In this document: positions 1-10,245 of the stretch, piece by piece
Numbering within the stretch: position 1 is the stretch's first letter
Layout: each line of letters starts with the position of its first letter
Notes under the pieces: model-generated
The model's input: the letters and a program-made list of their open reading frames with translations, nothing else
Databases searched by the model: none
Told to the model about the DNA's origin: nothing
Origin: a virus
Lineage: Duplodnaviria; Heunggongvirae; Uroviricota; Caudoviricetes
Length of the DNA: 13,895 bases
Virus record (IMG/VR): IMGVR_UViG_2526164604_000025
Direction: 5' to 3' (one strand)
Translations under genes and position numbers: made by a program

Positions 1-84
1 GTGCAGATCCCTGTGGTGAGCGGAAATGGTCAGTTCGCCGCAGTGGCTGAAGTCACCGTTACTGAAGCGGGCGCTGCAGGGTAA
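1..84 (+). CDS. major tail protein V, C-terminal end (partial, 5' end outside window)
   Basis: Frame 1 from position 1 reads VQIPVVSGNGQFAAVAEVTVTEAGAAG then a stop at 82-84. This resembles my recollection of the C-terminal Ig-like tail of lambda gpV, and the position immediately upstream of G fits lambda gene order. Confidence 0.5.
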   Translation: MQIPVVSGNGQFAAVAEVTVTEAGAAG

Positions 85-97
85 ACGGAGGTAATAC

Positions 98-520
98 ATG
101 TTTCTGAAAACAGAACAATTTGAATATAACGGTGTGTCCGTCACGCTTTCCGAATTGTCTGCGCTGCAGCGGTTTGATTATATGAAGTTTGTTTCAGACG
201 CAGAACAACAGAAGACAACGAAGCATGATGTCGTGCGCATTAACCAGCGATATCTGGAAACGGCATCCCTGCTTGTGGCGATGTCGCTATGGCATTCCCA
301 TTCCCTCAAAGGCACTCTGGCCTCTCCGGAGACAGAGATGCAGCAGATCCGCCGTGAAGTGATGCTGGGATGGCCTGCTGATGCACTGAATCAGGCAACG
401 AACCGGGTGCTTTATCTTTCAGGTATGCTGGATAACCGGCACGATGCCGATCCTGAACAAACCGGTAAAGCAGAAGCGACTGAGTCGGTAACATCAAAAA
501 AGCATTCGAAGGCGAGCTGA
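98..520 (+). CDS. tail assembly chaperone G
   Basis: 140-aa ORF (MFLKTEQFEYNGVSVTLSELSALQR...) closely resembling lambda gpG. GGAGG ribosome-binding site at 87-91. Lies directly upstream of the T-like frame. Confidence 0.9.
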   Translation: MFLKTEQFEYNGVSVTLSELSALQRFDYMKFVSDAEQQKTTKHDVVRINQRYLETASLLVAMSLWHSHSLKGTLASPETEMQQIRREVMLGWPADALNQATNRVLYLSGMLDNRHDADPEQTGKAEATESVTSKKHSKAS

Positions 521-855
521 ACTTTGTCCTGAAACTGGCGCGTGAGATGGGGAGAGCCGACTGGCGCGCCATGCTTGCCGGGATGACATCCACCGAATAT
601 GCCGACTGGCGACGTTTTTACTGCACGCATTATTTTCAGGATACCCAGCTGGATATGCATTTTTCCGGGCTGATGTACGCCGTACTCAGCCTGTTTTTTT
701 GCGATCCGGATATGCATCCGGCGGATTTCAGCCTGTTCGCTCCGGAGGCAGAGGAAGGACAGGCGGAGACGCCGGACGAAAATGATGTACTGATGCAGAA
801 GGCGGCGGGCCTCGCCGGTGGAGTCCGTTTCGGGGAGGAGGGAAGGAGGTTGTGA
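98..855 (+). CDS. tail assembly chaperone G-T fusion made by programmed -1 ribosomal frameshift (join 98..502, 502..855)
   Basis: The G frame contains an X XXY YYZ slippery heptamer A AAA AAG at 496-502. The -1 frame from there is open to 855 and encodes a gpT-like sequence (...LAGMTSTEYADWRRFYCTHYF...DENDVLMQKAAGLAGGVRFGEEG). The standalone ORF 547..855 has no independent start context. Confidence 0.75.
496..502 (+). other. -1 programmed ribosomal frameshift slippery site (AAAAAAG)
   Basis: The heptamer sits in the G reading frame 18 nt before the G stop, and the -1 frame downstream carries the gpT homologue. Confidence 0.7.
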
Positions 856-898
856 CAGTTATTGATGGTATCAGAGGACATTTCAGGAGGTGACCACG

Positions 899-3544
899 AT
901 GGCAGGTAATTTTGCCGATCTGACAGCCGTGCTGACACTGGATTCTGCCCGTTTTTCTGAAGAGGCAGCGCGGGTAAAAAAAGAGCTGGGTGAAACCAGT
1001 GCGCTTGCTGATTTGATGTCCGGGAAAGTCAGTCAGTCTTTCAGAAAACAGGCTGATGCTGCTGAGCAGAGTCTGAGCCGACAGGCGCTGGCGGCACAAA
1101 AAGCCGGGATATCAGTCGGACAGTATAAGGCTGCCATGCGCACACTGCCCGCACAGTTCACGGATATTGTCACTCAGCTTGCCGGTGGTCAGAATCCCTT
1201 CCTTATCATGCTGCAGCAGGGGGGGCAGATCAGCGATTCATTCGGTGGACCGCTCAGCCTGCTTACCCTGCTGAAGGAGGAACTTCTCGGGATCAGGGAT
1301 GCCTCTGAATCATCAGAGGAGTCGCTGTCAGATACGGCAAATGCACTGGCTGAAAATGCCCGGAATGCCGGTGAGCTGGGACGATTTATGTCGGTGGCCC
1401 GTGTGGCGGCAGGTGGCGGGGTTGCCGTACTGGCCGCGCTTGCTGCCGCCGCCTGGCAGGCAGAGCAGGCTGACCGGGCCTTATTGCGTTCACTGATCCT
1501 GACCGGAGGGGCGGCTGCCACCACAACGGCAGAATTGTGGAAAATGGCCGGGGTGATCAGCGATGAAGCCGGTGGTGGTATCAGACAGGCGGCAGAAAAT
1601 CTGGCCCGTCTGGCAGAAAGCGGGAAATATACCGCCGGGCAGCTACGGATCATGGGGGAAACCTCTCAGAGATGGCTGCAGACGGTGGGGGACGATGCCG
1701 GGAAGGTGGAAAAAGCCTTTGAAGGGATTGCAGCAGATCCGGTGAAGGCGCTGGCCTCCCTGAATCAGCAGTATAACTTCCTGAGCGTTTCCCAGTTACG
1801 CCATATTGATGAGCTTGAGCGCACGAAAGGTAAACAGGACTGCGGTGACGGAGGCGATGTCCCTGTTTGCGGATGTCATGAATGCACGTCTGGAGCAACT
1901 TGATAAAGCGGCCACGCCGGTGGAAAAAATCTGGGACGATGTTAAAACCTGGACTTCTGACGCATGGGCATGGATAGGTGATCATACACTGGGGGCACTC
2001 AGTCTGATCACTGACGTGGTGGCCGGAACCGTTGAACAGGTGAAGCTGCTGCTTGTGCAGGGGGATCTGGCGCTGGCTGAATTTATTCAGTCAGCCTGGG
2101 AAACGACAAAGAATGTGCCCGGCGTTGGTGCGTTGTTTGGTGAACTGGCAGAAGAGAACCGCGTATTTATTGAGAAAACAAAACGTGATGAACTGGCGCT
2201 GAGAAAATCCATTGCGGAACGGGATGCGCGTATACGCCAGGGGGAAATGGGGTACATCAACCGTTCGCGTGCAACAGGCGTCAGCAAAGGTCCGGGGCAG
2301 CAGGAAGCCGTCAGCCGTCTGGCTGAAGAGCTGACAGGTAAAAAGCATACATCACCGAAAACGCGCTCTGCCGGGGAGAGGGAAGAGGAGCAGGCAAGAG
2401 AGGCTCTGCTTGCCCTTGAAGCTGAGCTCAGGACGCTGGAAAAACACAGCGGTGCGAATGAGAAAATCAGCCGGCAGCGCCGTGATTTATGGAAGGCGGA
2501 AAGTCAGTATGCGGTCCTGAAAGAGGCTGCCACGAAACGGCAGTTATCTGAGCAGGAAAAATCCCTGCTGGCGCATAAAGACGAGACGCTGGAGTACAAA
2601 CGCCAGCTGGCTGAGCTGGGAGACAAAGTTGAACACCAGAAACGGCTGAATGAGCTGGCACAGCAGGCTGCGCGGTTTGAGCAGCAGCAGGGCGCGAAGC
2701 AGGCGGCAATCAGTGCCCAGGCGCGGGCCTCACCGACCGTCAGGCGCAGCGGGAGTCGGAAGAGCAGCGCCTTCGTGACGTGTACGGTGATAATCCGGAT
2801 GCGCTGGCGAAGGCCACATCTGCACTGAAGAACACCTGGTCTGCGGAGGAGCAGCTTCGTGGAAGCTGGATGGCCGGGCTGAAGTCCGGCTGGGGCGAGT
2901 GGGCGGAAAGTGCGACGGACAGTTTTTCGCAGGTTAAAAGTGCTGCCACGCAGACCTTTGACGGTATTGCACAGAATATGGCGGCGATGCTGACCGGTGC
3001 AGAGGCAGACTGGCGGGGATTCACCCGTTCGGTGCTGTCCATGCTGACAGAGATTTTTCTGAAGCAGGCGATGGTGGGGATAGTCGGGAGTATCGGCAGC
3101 GCCATTGGCGGTGCTTTCGGTGGTGGTGCGTCTGCCTCCACGGGGACGGCCATTCAGGCTGCGGCGGCGAACTTCCATTTCGCGACCGGGGGATTTACGG
3201 GGACGGGGGGTAAATATGAACCTGCGGGAATTGTTCATCGCGGGGAGTTTGTCTTCACGAAGGAAGCAACCAGCCGGATTGGCGTCGGCAACCTGTACCG
3301 CCTGATGCGGGGCTATGCGGAAGGTGGTTATGTGGGTGGTGCCGGAAGTCCGGCGCAGATGCGGCGGACGGAAGGCATTAATTTTAATCAGAACAATCAC
3401 GTGGTGATTCAGAACGACGGCTCCAACGGACAGGCGGGGCCGCAGCTGATGAAGGCGGTGTATGACATGGCCCGCAAGGGGGCGCAGGATGAGATTCAGG
3501 CGCAGATGCGTGATGGCGGCGTCTTTTCCGGAGGCAGGCGATGA
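899..3544 (+). pseudogene. tail tape measure protein (lambda gpH-like), reading frame broken twice in this sequence
   Basis: Three consecutive ORFs (890..1903, 1806..2828, 2780..3544) each match successive parts of lambda gpH: the N-terminal SLSRQALAAQKAGISVGQYKAAMR, the middle ALLALEAELRTLEKHSGANEKISRQRRDLWKAESQ, and the C-terminal MAGLKSGW...FHFATGGFTGTGGKYEPAGIVHRGEFVFTKEATSRIGVGNLYRLMRGYA. Frame changes lie near 1841 (+1) and near 2725-2727 (-1, in a G run). Likely true start is ATG 899 after AGGAGG at 885-890. Confidence 0.85.
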
Positions 3545-3870
3545 AAACATTTCGCTGGAAAGTGAAGCCGGATATGGAGGTGAACTCGCAGCCATCGGTG
3601 CGTGAAGTGCGTTTTGGTGACGGGTATTCGCAGCGTATGGCGGCGGGGCTGAATGCTGACCTGAAAACATACCGTGTGACGCTTTCCGTGACCCGGGAGG
3701 AGGCCCGACATCTGGAGGCATTCCTGGCAGAGCACGGTGGCTGGAAGGCGTTTCTGTGGACACCGCCTTATGCCTGGCGGCAGATAAAGGTGACCTGTGC
3801 CGCCTGGTCATCACGGGTTCGCATGCTGCGGGTTGAATTCAGTGCCGAGTTTAAGCAGGTGGTGAACTGA
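3541..3870 (+). CDS. minor tail protein M
   Basis: 109-aa ORF MKTFRWKVKP...RMLRVEFSAEFKQVVN, near-collinear with lambda gpM. Its start overlaps the H stop (ATGA) and its stop overlaps the L start (TGATG). Confidence 0.9.
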   Translation: MKTFRWKVKPDMEVNSQPSVREVRFGDGYSQRMAAGLNADLKTYRVTLSVTREEARHLEAFLAEHGGWKAFLWTPPYAWRQIKVTCAAWSSRVRMLRVEFSAEFKQVVN

Positions 3871-4568
3871 TGCAGGATATTCACGAAGAAAGTCTGAACG
3901 AGTCGGTTAAATCAGAGCAGTCACCGCGGGTGGTGCTCAGGGAAATTGACCTGACGGTGCAGGGCGGTGAGCGGTATTTTTTCTGTAATGAGCTGAATGA
4001 AAAAGGGGAGGCGGTCACCTGGCAGGGGCGGCAATATCAGGTATACCCGATTGACGGCAGCGGTTTTGAGATGAACGGGAAGGGCAGCAGTGCCAGACCG
4101 TCGCTGACGGTGTCCAATCTGTTTGGTCTGGTCACCGGGATGGCGGAGGACCTGCAGAGCCTGGTGGGGGCCACGGTGGTCCGCCGCCGGGTGTATGCCC
4201 GTTTTCTGGATGCGGTGAATTTTGTGGCGGGCAATCCGGAAGCGGACCCGGAGCAGGAGCTGAGCGACCGCTGGGTGGTGGAGCAGATGTCAGAGCTGAC
4301 GGCCATGACAGCCTCGTTTGTGCTGGCCACACCGACGGAGACGGACGGAGCGCTGTTTCCCGGTCGCATTATGCTGGCGAATACCTGTATGTGGACCTAC
4401 CGCTCTGATGAGTGTGGTTACACGGGCGGGGCTGTGGCGGATGAGTTCGATAAACCCACCACCGATATCCGTAAGGACAGATGCAGCAAGTGCATGCGCG
4501 GGTGTGAGATGCGCGGCATGGTGGCTAATTTTGGCGGTTTCCTTTCCATTAATAAACTTTCGCAGTAA
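3870..4568 (+). CDS. minor tail protein L
   Basis: 232-aa ORF matching lambda gpL in length and sequence, including the C-terminal Cys-rich region (CSKCMRGCEMRG). Confidence 0.9.
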   Translation: MQDIHEESLNESVKSEQSPRVVLREIDLTVQGGERYFFCNELNEKGEAVTWQGRQYQVYPIDGSGFEMNGKGSSARPSLTVSNLFGLVTGMAEDLQSLVGATVVRRRVYARFLDAVNFVAGNPEADPEQELSDRWVVEQMSELTAMTASFVLATPTETDGALFPGRIMLANTCMWTYRSDECGYTGGAVADEFDKPTTDIRKDRCSKCMRGCEMRGMVANFGGFLSINKLSQ

Positions 4569-4578
4569 ATCCCGGTTT

Positions 4579-5901
4579 ATGACACAGACTGAATCAGCGA
4601 TTCTGGCGCATGCCCGGCGGTGTGCGCCTGCGGAGTCGTGCGGCTTCGTGGTGAGAACGCCGGAGGGGGAGCGGTATATCCCTTGTGTGAATATCTCTGC
4701 AGAGCCGGAGGCGTATTTTCGTATTGCACCGGAAGACTGGCTGCGGGCAGAGATGCAGGGGGAGATTGTGGCACTGGTCCACAGTCATCCCGGTGGTCTG
4801 CCCTGGCTGAGCGAGGCCGACCGGCGGCTGCAGATAAAAAGTGCACTGTCCTGGTGGCTGGTCTGCCGGGGGGAAATTCATAAATTCCGCTGTGTGCCAC
4901 ATCTGACAGGACGGCTCTTTGAGCACGGGGTGACGGACTGTTACACGCTGTTCCGGGATGCATACCATCTGGCGGGAATTGATATGCCGGATTTTGAGCG
5001 TGAGGATGACTGGTGGCGCAATGGTCAGAACCTGTACCTGGACAATATGGAGGCGACTGGTTTTTACAGGATTTCCCTGCCTTCCGCACAGCCTGGCGAT
5101 ATCCTGCTGTGCTGCTTTGGCGCATCGGTGGCCAATCATGCCGCCATATACTGCGGCAACGGTGAACTGCTTCACCATCTGCCTGAACAACTGAGTAAAC
5201 GGGAGAGGTATTCCGAAAAATGGCAACGACGAACGCATTCAGCCTGGCGTCACCGCCACTGGCACGTATCTGCCTTCACGGGGATTTACAACGACTTTGG
5301 CCGCCGCCTCAGCCTGTATGTGAACACGGCAGCGGAAGCCATCCGTGCCCTGTCGATGCAGATGCCGGGATTCCGCCGTCAGATGAACGAAGGCTGGTAC
5401 CAGATACGTATTGCCGGTGATGACACGGCACCGGAGGCGGTGTACGCCCGTCTTCACGAACAGCTGGGTGAGGGAACGGTCATCCACATTGTGCCGCGAC
5501 TGGCCGGGGCCGGAAAGGGTGGACTGCAGATTGTGCTGGGGGCGGCGGCCATCGTGGGGTCGTTCTTCACTGCCGGGGCATCAATGGCGTTATGGGGTTC
5601 AGCCCTGGCAGCCGGTGGTTTTTCTGCCACCACGATGCTGTTTTCACTTGGAGCCAGCATGATTCTGGGCGGTGTGGCCCAGATGCTGGCCCCGAAGGCA
5701 AAAACACCGGATTACCGCGCAACGGATAACGGCAGACAGAACACGTACTTTTCCTCGCTGGATAACATGATTGCCCAGGGGAACCCGATGCCGGTGCCTT
5801 ACGGTGAAATGCTGGTTGGCTCCCGGCGAATCTCCCAGGACATCAGTACCCGTGATGAAGGCGGTGACGGGAAGGTGGTGGTTATCGGGCGGCAGGCATA
5901 A
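4579..5901 (+). CDS. tail assembly protein K (NlpC/P60 plus JAMM/MPN domains), fused in frame to the I-like region as the sequence stands
   Basis: From ATG 4579: MTQTESAILAHARRCAPAESCGFVV..., with the JAMM motif HSHPGGLPWLSEADRR and an NlpC/P60 Cys/His (GVTDCYTLF, NHAAIY) as in lambda gpK. In lambda, K stops shortly after the I start; here the K frame runs on through the I homologue to 5901. Confidence 0.8.
   Translation: MTQTESAILAHARRCAPAESCGFVVRTPEGERYIPCVNISAEPEAYFRIAPEDWLRAEMQGEIVALVHSHPGGLPWLSEADRRLQIKSALSWWLVCRGEIHKFRCVPHLTGRLFEHGVTDCYTLFRDAYHLAGIDMPDFEREDDWWRNGQNLYLDNMEATGFYRISLPSAQPGDILLCCFGASVANHAAIYCGNGELLHHLPEQLSKRERYSEKWQRRTHSAWRHRHWHVSAFTGIYNDFGRRLSLYVNTAAEAIRALSMQMPGFRRQMNEGWYQIRIAGDDTAPEAVYARLHEQLGEGTVIHIVPRLAGAGKGGLQIVLGAAAIVGSFFTAGASMALWGSALAAGGFSATTMLFSLGASMILGGVAQMLAPKAKTPDYRATDNGRQNTYFSSLDNMIAQGNPMPVPYGEMLVGSRRISQDISTRDEGGDGKVVVIGRQA
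5220..5901 (+). pseudogene. tail assembly protein I (lambda gpI-like), frameshifted near 5295
   Basis: The I-like N-terminus MATTNAFSLASPPLARICLHGDLQR is in frame 0 (5220..5294). The rest of the I homologue (FGRRLSLYVNTAAEAIRAL...GEMLVGSRRISQDISTRDEGGDGKVVVIGRQA) is in the K frame from 5296. One extra nucleotide around 5295 explains the shift. Confidence 0.75.
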
Positions 5902-6062
5902 AAGCGAAAAAATCCCGCAGTGCTCACGGACAGGAACTGCGGGAGCGTTACGAAGATTGAGTGTAAGGAATTATTCTTATGTCACGACAAAAACATTAAC
6001 TCAGAGAGGGAGGATGTGCCGTTCTTTTCAGGGAGAAAGGATTTATCGTCCTGAGGAATAAA

Positions 6063-6084
6063 GGTAAGGGGCCCGCCCCTTACC
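6063..6084. terminator. GC-rich hairpin between convergent I and sodC (possible bidirectional terminator)
   Basis: GGTAAGGGG-CCCG-CCCCTTACC: 9-bp perfect stem with a 4-nt loop, 8 bp beyond the sodC stop and about 160 bp beyond the I stop. Confidence 0.5.
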
Positions 6085-6091
6085 TGACTGA

Positions 6092-6619
6092 TTATTGAAT
6101 GATGCCGCAGGCCATTCTCGCACCACCACCGCCCAGGGGCTCCGGATGGTCATGATGGTTATCACCGCCAGCATGAAGCATGAGAGAACGCCCTTTAATC
6201 TCTTTTAATGAGTTCAGTCTCGGGGCCAGGACCGGGTAGTTCGCTTTTCCGTCATGCGTCACGAACAGCGCAGGGAGGTCGCCCAGGTGTCCATCCGGAG
6301 ACCAGGGGCCAAGATGTTTGCCGGTGTTTTTCGGGTCAAAGTGACCGCCAGCCGATAATGCTGCGACCGGTTTTCCGTCTTTCAGTGCCGGGGCGCAATT
6401 TCCTTTTTCGTGCACATGAAAACCATGAATGCCTTCAGACAGAGAGTGAAGGGCTGGTGTGAACAGCAGACCGTAGGGGGTCTCCTGAATGGTTATTTTT
6501 CCAATGCTGACTTCTTTTCCGTCAGCACTGACAAGGTTCATTGGGACTTCCTGTTCTGCTGCGTATCCGCATGATGCTGCTGTCAGCATGGCAATGGCAG
6601 CAATGATTTTACATTTCAT
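6092..6619 (-). CDS. sodC: periplasmic Cu,Zn superoxide dismutase (prophage-encoded SodC)
   Basis: Minus-strand ORF from ATG at 6619-6617: [20 protein letters not shown] (signal peptide) ... [12 protein letters not shown]...[12 protein letters not shown]...GDLPALFV...[13 protein letters not shown]. These are the metal-ligand and active-site motifs of Cu,Zn SOD. The longer track ORF (to 7126) is an antisense extension over the J start. Confidence 0.9.
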   Translation of the reverse strand: MKCKIIAAIAMLTAASCGYAAEQEVPMNLVSADGKEVSIGKITIQETPYGLLFTPALHSLSEGIHGFHVHEKGNCAPALKDGKPVAALSAGGHFDPKNTGKHLGPWSPDGHLGDLPALFVTHDGKANYPVLAPRLNSLKEIKGRSLMLHAGGDNHHDHPEPLGGGGARMACGIIQ

Positions 6620-6752
6620 AAAACCCTCATTAATTCCGTTAACAGACTGAGCTTGCTGGTTACAGGGTAACAAACAGCGTTCTGATGATATCGCGCAATA
6701 GCTGTGCAATATCCTATCACTGCGATTAATAATACCAATTGAGAGGAACATT
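6620..6752. promoter_or_regulatory. divergent intergenic region between sodC (-) and J (+); presumed sodC promoter and J ribosome-binding site
   Basis: 133-bp non-coding gap. GAGAGG precedes the J ATG at 6753; a GAGGG-like site precedes the sodC ATG on the minus strand. No specific -10/-35 elements assigned. Confidence 0.3.
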
Positions 6753-9700
6753 ATGGGTAAAGGTGGCGGCAGGGCGCACACGCCGGTTGAGGCAAAGGAC
6801 AATCTTAAGTCCACGCAGATGATGAGCGTGATTGATGCCATTGGTGAAGGGCCGATTGAAGGTCCGGTGAAGGGGCTGCAGAGTATCCTGGTGAACAAAA
6901 CCCCGCTGACGGACACGGACGGTAATCCTGTGATACATGGTGTGACAGCGGTCTGGCGCGCCGGGGAGCAGGAGCAGACACCACCTGAAGGCTTTGAGTC
7001 CTCCGGAGCTGAAACCGCACTGGGCGTGGAAGTGACGAAGGCAAAGCCGGTGACGCGCACCATTACGTCCGCGAACATTGACCGCCTGCGGGTCACCTTC
7101 GGGGTGCAGTCACTGTTGGAGACCACCTCAAAGGGCGACCGTAATCACTCTTCTGTCCGACTGCTGATTCAGTTGCAGCGTAACGGTAACTGGGTGACGG
7201 AAAAGGATGTCACCATTAACGGCAAGACCACCTCGCAGTTCCTGGCGTCGGTGATTCTGGATAATCTGCCGCCCCGGCCCTTTAACATCCGGATGGTCAG
7301 GGAGACGGCGGACAGCACCACGGACCAGCTGCAGAACAGAACGCTGTGGTCGTCATACACCGAAATCATCGATGTGAAACAGTGCTACCCGAACACGGCC
7401 ATTGTGGGGCTGCAGGTGGATGCGGAGCAGTTTGGCGGTCAGCAGATGACGGTGAACTACCATATCCGCGGTCGCATCATCCAGGTGCCGTCAAACTATG
7501 ACCCGGAAAAACGCACGTACAGCGGCATCTGGGACGGCAGCCTGAAACCGGCATACAGCAACAACCCGGCCTGGTGCCTGTGGGACATGCTGACTCACCC
7601 GCGCTACGGCATGGGAAAACGCCTGGGGGCGGCGGATGTGGACAAGTGGGCGCTGTATGCCATTGCGCAGTACTGCGACCAGATGGTCCCTGATGGTTTC
7701 GGGGGCACAGAGCCGCGGATGACCTTTAATGCGTACCTGTCACAACAGCGTAAGGCGTGGGACGTTCTCAGTGATTTCTGCTCGGCGATGCGCTGTATGC
7801 CGGTATGGAACGGCCAGACGCTGACGTTCGTTCAGGACAGTCCGTCGGATGTGGTGTGGCCGTACACCAACAGAGATGTGGTGGTGGATGATAACGGCGT
7901 GGGGTTTCGCTACAGCTTCAGCGCCCTGAAGGACCGCCACACGGCGGTGGAGGTGAATTACACCGACCCGCAGAACGGCTGGCAGACCTCCACGGAACTG
8001 GTGGAAGACCCGGAAGCCATACTGCGCTACGGACGCAACCTGCTGAAGATGGATGCGTTCGGCTGCACCAGTCGCGGTCAGGCCCACCGTGCCGGGCTGT
8101 GGGTGATAAAGACCGGACTGCTGGAAACGCAGACGGTGGATTTCACGCTCGGGTCACAGGGGCTGCGTCACACACCCGGTGACATTATTGAAATCTGTGA
8201 TAACGACTATGCCGGGACCATGACCGGCGGACGTATCCTGTCCATCGATGCCGCCAGCCGCACCCTGACGCTGGACCGTGAGGTGACACTGCCGGAGACC
8301 GGTGCCGCCACGGTGAACCTGATTAACGGCAGCGGTAAGCCGGTGAGTGTGGACATCACCGCACACCCCGCGCCGGACCGGATACAGGTCAGCACCCTGC
8401 CTGATGGCGTGGAGACATACGGTGTATGGGGACTATCCCTGCCGTCACTGCGCCGTCGCCTGTTCCGCTGTGTCTCCGTCCGGGAAAACACGGACGGCAC
8501 CTTTGCCATCACGGCGGTGCAGCACGTACCGGAAAAAGAAGCCATCGTGGATAACGGTGCCCGCTTTGAGCCGCAGTCAGGCACCCTGAACAGCGTCATC
8601 CCTCCGGCAGTGCAGCACCTGACGGTGGAGGTGAGCGCAGCTGACGGCCAGTATCTGGCGCAGGTGAAATGGGACACGCCGCGGGTGGTGAAGGGCGTGC
8701 GCTTCAGTCTGCGCCTGACCAGCGGAAGCGGAGAAGGCAGCCGTCTGGTGACCACCGCCATCACTGCGGATACAGAGCATCGTTCCAGTGGTCTGCCGCC
8801 GGGGGAATACACCCTGACGGTCAGGGCGATTAACAGTTATGGCCAGCAGGGGGAACCGGCCACCACCACGTTCAGGATTAATGCACCTGCGGTACCCGCC
8901 ACGATTGAGCTGACACCGGGCTATTTTCAGATAACAGCGGTCCCGCGTCTTGCGGTGTATGACCCGACGGTACAGTTTGAGTTCTGGTTTTCGGAGACAA
9001 AAATCGCAGATACATCTCAGGTGGAAACCTCTGCCCGTTATCTGGGGACCGGCAGTCAGTGGAGTGTATCCGGCCCGCACATTAAGCCCGGGAAGGATTT
9101 CTGGTTTTACGTGCGCAGCGTCAACCTGGTGGGGAAATCTGCTTTTGTGGAAGCCAGTGGCCGGGCCAGCAATGATGCAGAAGGGTATCTGGGGCTGTTT
9201 CGGGAAAAAATAGGAAAACTGCATCTGGCTCAGGGGCTGTGGGAGCTGATAGACAACAGCCAGCTTGCGGATGAGATGGCGGAGATGAAGACCTCCATCA
9301 CCGAAACCCGCAATGAAATCACACAGACGGTCAGTAAAACGCTGGAGGACCAGAGCGCCATCATACAGCAGATACAGCGCGTGCAGAAGGACACAAATGA
9401 TGACCTTGCTGCACTTTACATGCTGAAGGTACAGAAAACAAAAAATGGCATACCCTATGTTGCCGGTATTGGAGCGGGGATTGAGGATACTGATGGCCAG
9501 CCCCTGAGCAACATACTGCTGCTGGCTGACCGTATTGCGATGATTAACCCGGAGGACGGCAACACCACGCCGTTATTTGTGGCGCAGGGGAATCAGTTGT
9601 TCATGAACGATGTGTTCCTGAAACGACTGTTTGCGGTGAGTATCACGTCATCCGCCAATCCCCCGACGTTTTCCCTGACGCCGGAGGGCAGGCTGACCGC

Positions 9701-10226
9701 AAGAAATGCTGATATCAGCGGTAACGTGAATGCGAATTCCGGGACGCTCAACAACGTCACGATTAACGAGAACTGTCGGGTTCTGGGAAAACTGTCCGCG
9801 AACCAGATTGAAGGCGATCTCGTTAAAACAGTGGGCAAAGCTTTCCCCCGGGATTCCCGTGCACCGGAGCGGTGGCCATCAGGGACCATTACCGTCAGGG
9901 TTTATGACGATCAGCCGTTTGACCGGCAGATTGTTATTCCGGCGGTGGCATTCAGTGGCGCTAAGCATGAGAGAGAGCATACTGATATTTACTCCTCATG
10001 CCGTCTGATAGTGCGGAAAAACGGTGCTGAAATTTATAACCGTACCGCGCTGGATAATACGCTGATTTACAGTGGCGTTATTGATATGCCTGCCGGTCAC
10101 GGTCACATGACGCTGGAGTTTTCGGTGTCAGCATGGCTGGTGAATAACTGGTATCCCACAGCAAGTATCAGCGATTTGCTGGTTGTGGTGATGAAGAAAG
10201 CCACCGCAGGCATCAGTATCAGCTGA
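6753..10226 (+). CDS. host specificity protein J (central tail fibre / tip attachment protein)
   Basis: 1157-aa ORF collinear with lambda gpJ: [22 protein letters not shown]..., [57 protein letters not shown], ending ...[10 protein letters not shown]. Confidence 0.95.
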   Translation: MGKGGGRAHTPVEAKDNLKSTQMMSVIDAIGEGPIEGPVKGLQSILVNKTPLTDTDGNPVIHGVTAVWRAGEQEQTPPEGFESSGAETALGVEVTKAKPVTRTITSANIDRLRVTFGVQSLLETTSKGDRNHSSVRLLIQLQRNGNWVTEKDVTINGKTTSQFLASVILDNLPPRPFNIRMVRETADSTTDQLQNRTLWSSYTEIIDVKQCYPNTAIVGLQVDAEQFGGQQMTVNYHIRGRIIQVPSNYDPEKRTYSGIWDGSLKPAYSNNPAWCLWDMLTHPRYGMGKRLGAADVDKWALYAIAQYCDQMVPDGFGGTEPRMTFNAYLSQQRKAWDVLSDFCSAMRCMPVWNGQTLTFVQDSPSDVVWPYTNRDVVVDDNGVGFRYSFSALKDRHTAVEVNYTDPQNGWQTSTELVEDPEAILRYGRNLLKMDAFGCTSRGQAHRAGLWVIKTGLLETQTVDFTLGSQGLRHTPGDIIEICDNDYAGTMTGGRILSIDAASRTLTLDREVTLPETGAATVNLINGSGKPVSVDITAHPAPDRIQVSTLPDGVETYGVWGLSLPSLRRRLFRCVSVRENTDGTFAITAVQHVPEKEAIVDNGARFEPQSGTLNSVIPPAVQHLTVEVSAADGQYLAQVKWDTPRVVKGVRFSLRLTSGSGEGSRLVTTAITADTEHRSSGLPPGEYTLTVRAINSYGQQGEPATTTFRINAPAVPATIELTPGYFQITAVPRLAVYDPTVQFEFWFSETKIADTSQVETSARYLGTGSQWSVSGPHIKPGKDFWFYVRSVNLVGKSAFVEASGRASNDAEGYLGLFREKIGKLHLAQGLWELIDNSQLADEMAEMKTSITETRNEITQTVSKTLEDQSAIIQQIQRVQKDTNDDLAALYMLKVQKTKNGIPYVAGIGAGIEDTDGQPLSNILLLADRIAMINPEDGNTTPLFVAQGNQLFMNDVFLKRLFAVSITSSANPPTFSLTPEGRLTARNADISGNVNANSGTLNNVTINENCRVLGKLSANQIEGDLVKTVGKAFPRDSRAPERWPSGTITVRVYDDQPFDRQIVIPAVAFSGAKHEREHTDIYSSCRLIVRKNGAEIYNRTALDNTLIYSGVIDMPAGHGHMTLEFSVSAWLVNNWYPTASISDLLVVVMKKATAGISIS

Positions 10227-10245
10227 ATTTTATAACCCATATACG

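Noticed and set aside
547-855. Standalone 102-aa ORF called as an independent gene
   Set aside because: It is the T portion of the G-T frameshift product. Its apparent ATG is internal and lacks a ribosome-binding site; the frame is entered from G at the slippery site.
2504-3814. 436-aa minus-strand ORF, with overlapping 2740..3153 and 3496..3735 ORFs
   Set aside because: Antisense to the well-supported H and M genes; Pro/Arg/Ser-rich low-complexity translation typical of spurious ORFs opposite GC-rich coding sequence.
4318-4578. Track start of the 527-aa ORF at 4318, inside L
   Set aside because: That stretch is an out-of-frame reading of the L gene. The gpK homology starts at ATG 4579, just after the L stop.
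4577-5238. Minus-strand ORFs 4577..5125 and 4594..5238, and similar ones at 7740..8087, 8207..8812 and 8577..9224
   Set aside because: All are antisense to strongly supported K, I or J coding sequence, with no independent signals.
5913-5950. Imperfect hairpin after the I stop as a terminator
   Set aside because: 8-bp stem with a 16-nt loop and no following T-run; the GC-rich hairpin at 6063-6084 is the better candidate.
6620-7126. Upstream extension of the sodC ORF to 344 aa
   Set aside because: The extension is antisense to the J start and the intergenic region. The SodC homology, signal peptide and ribosome-binding site all begin at the internal ATG at 6619.
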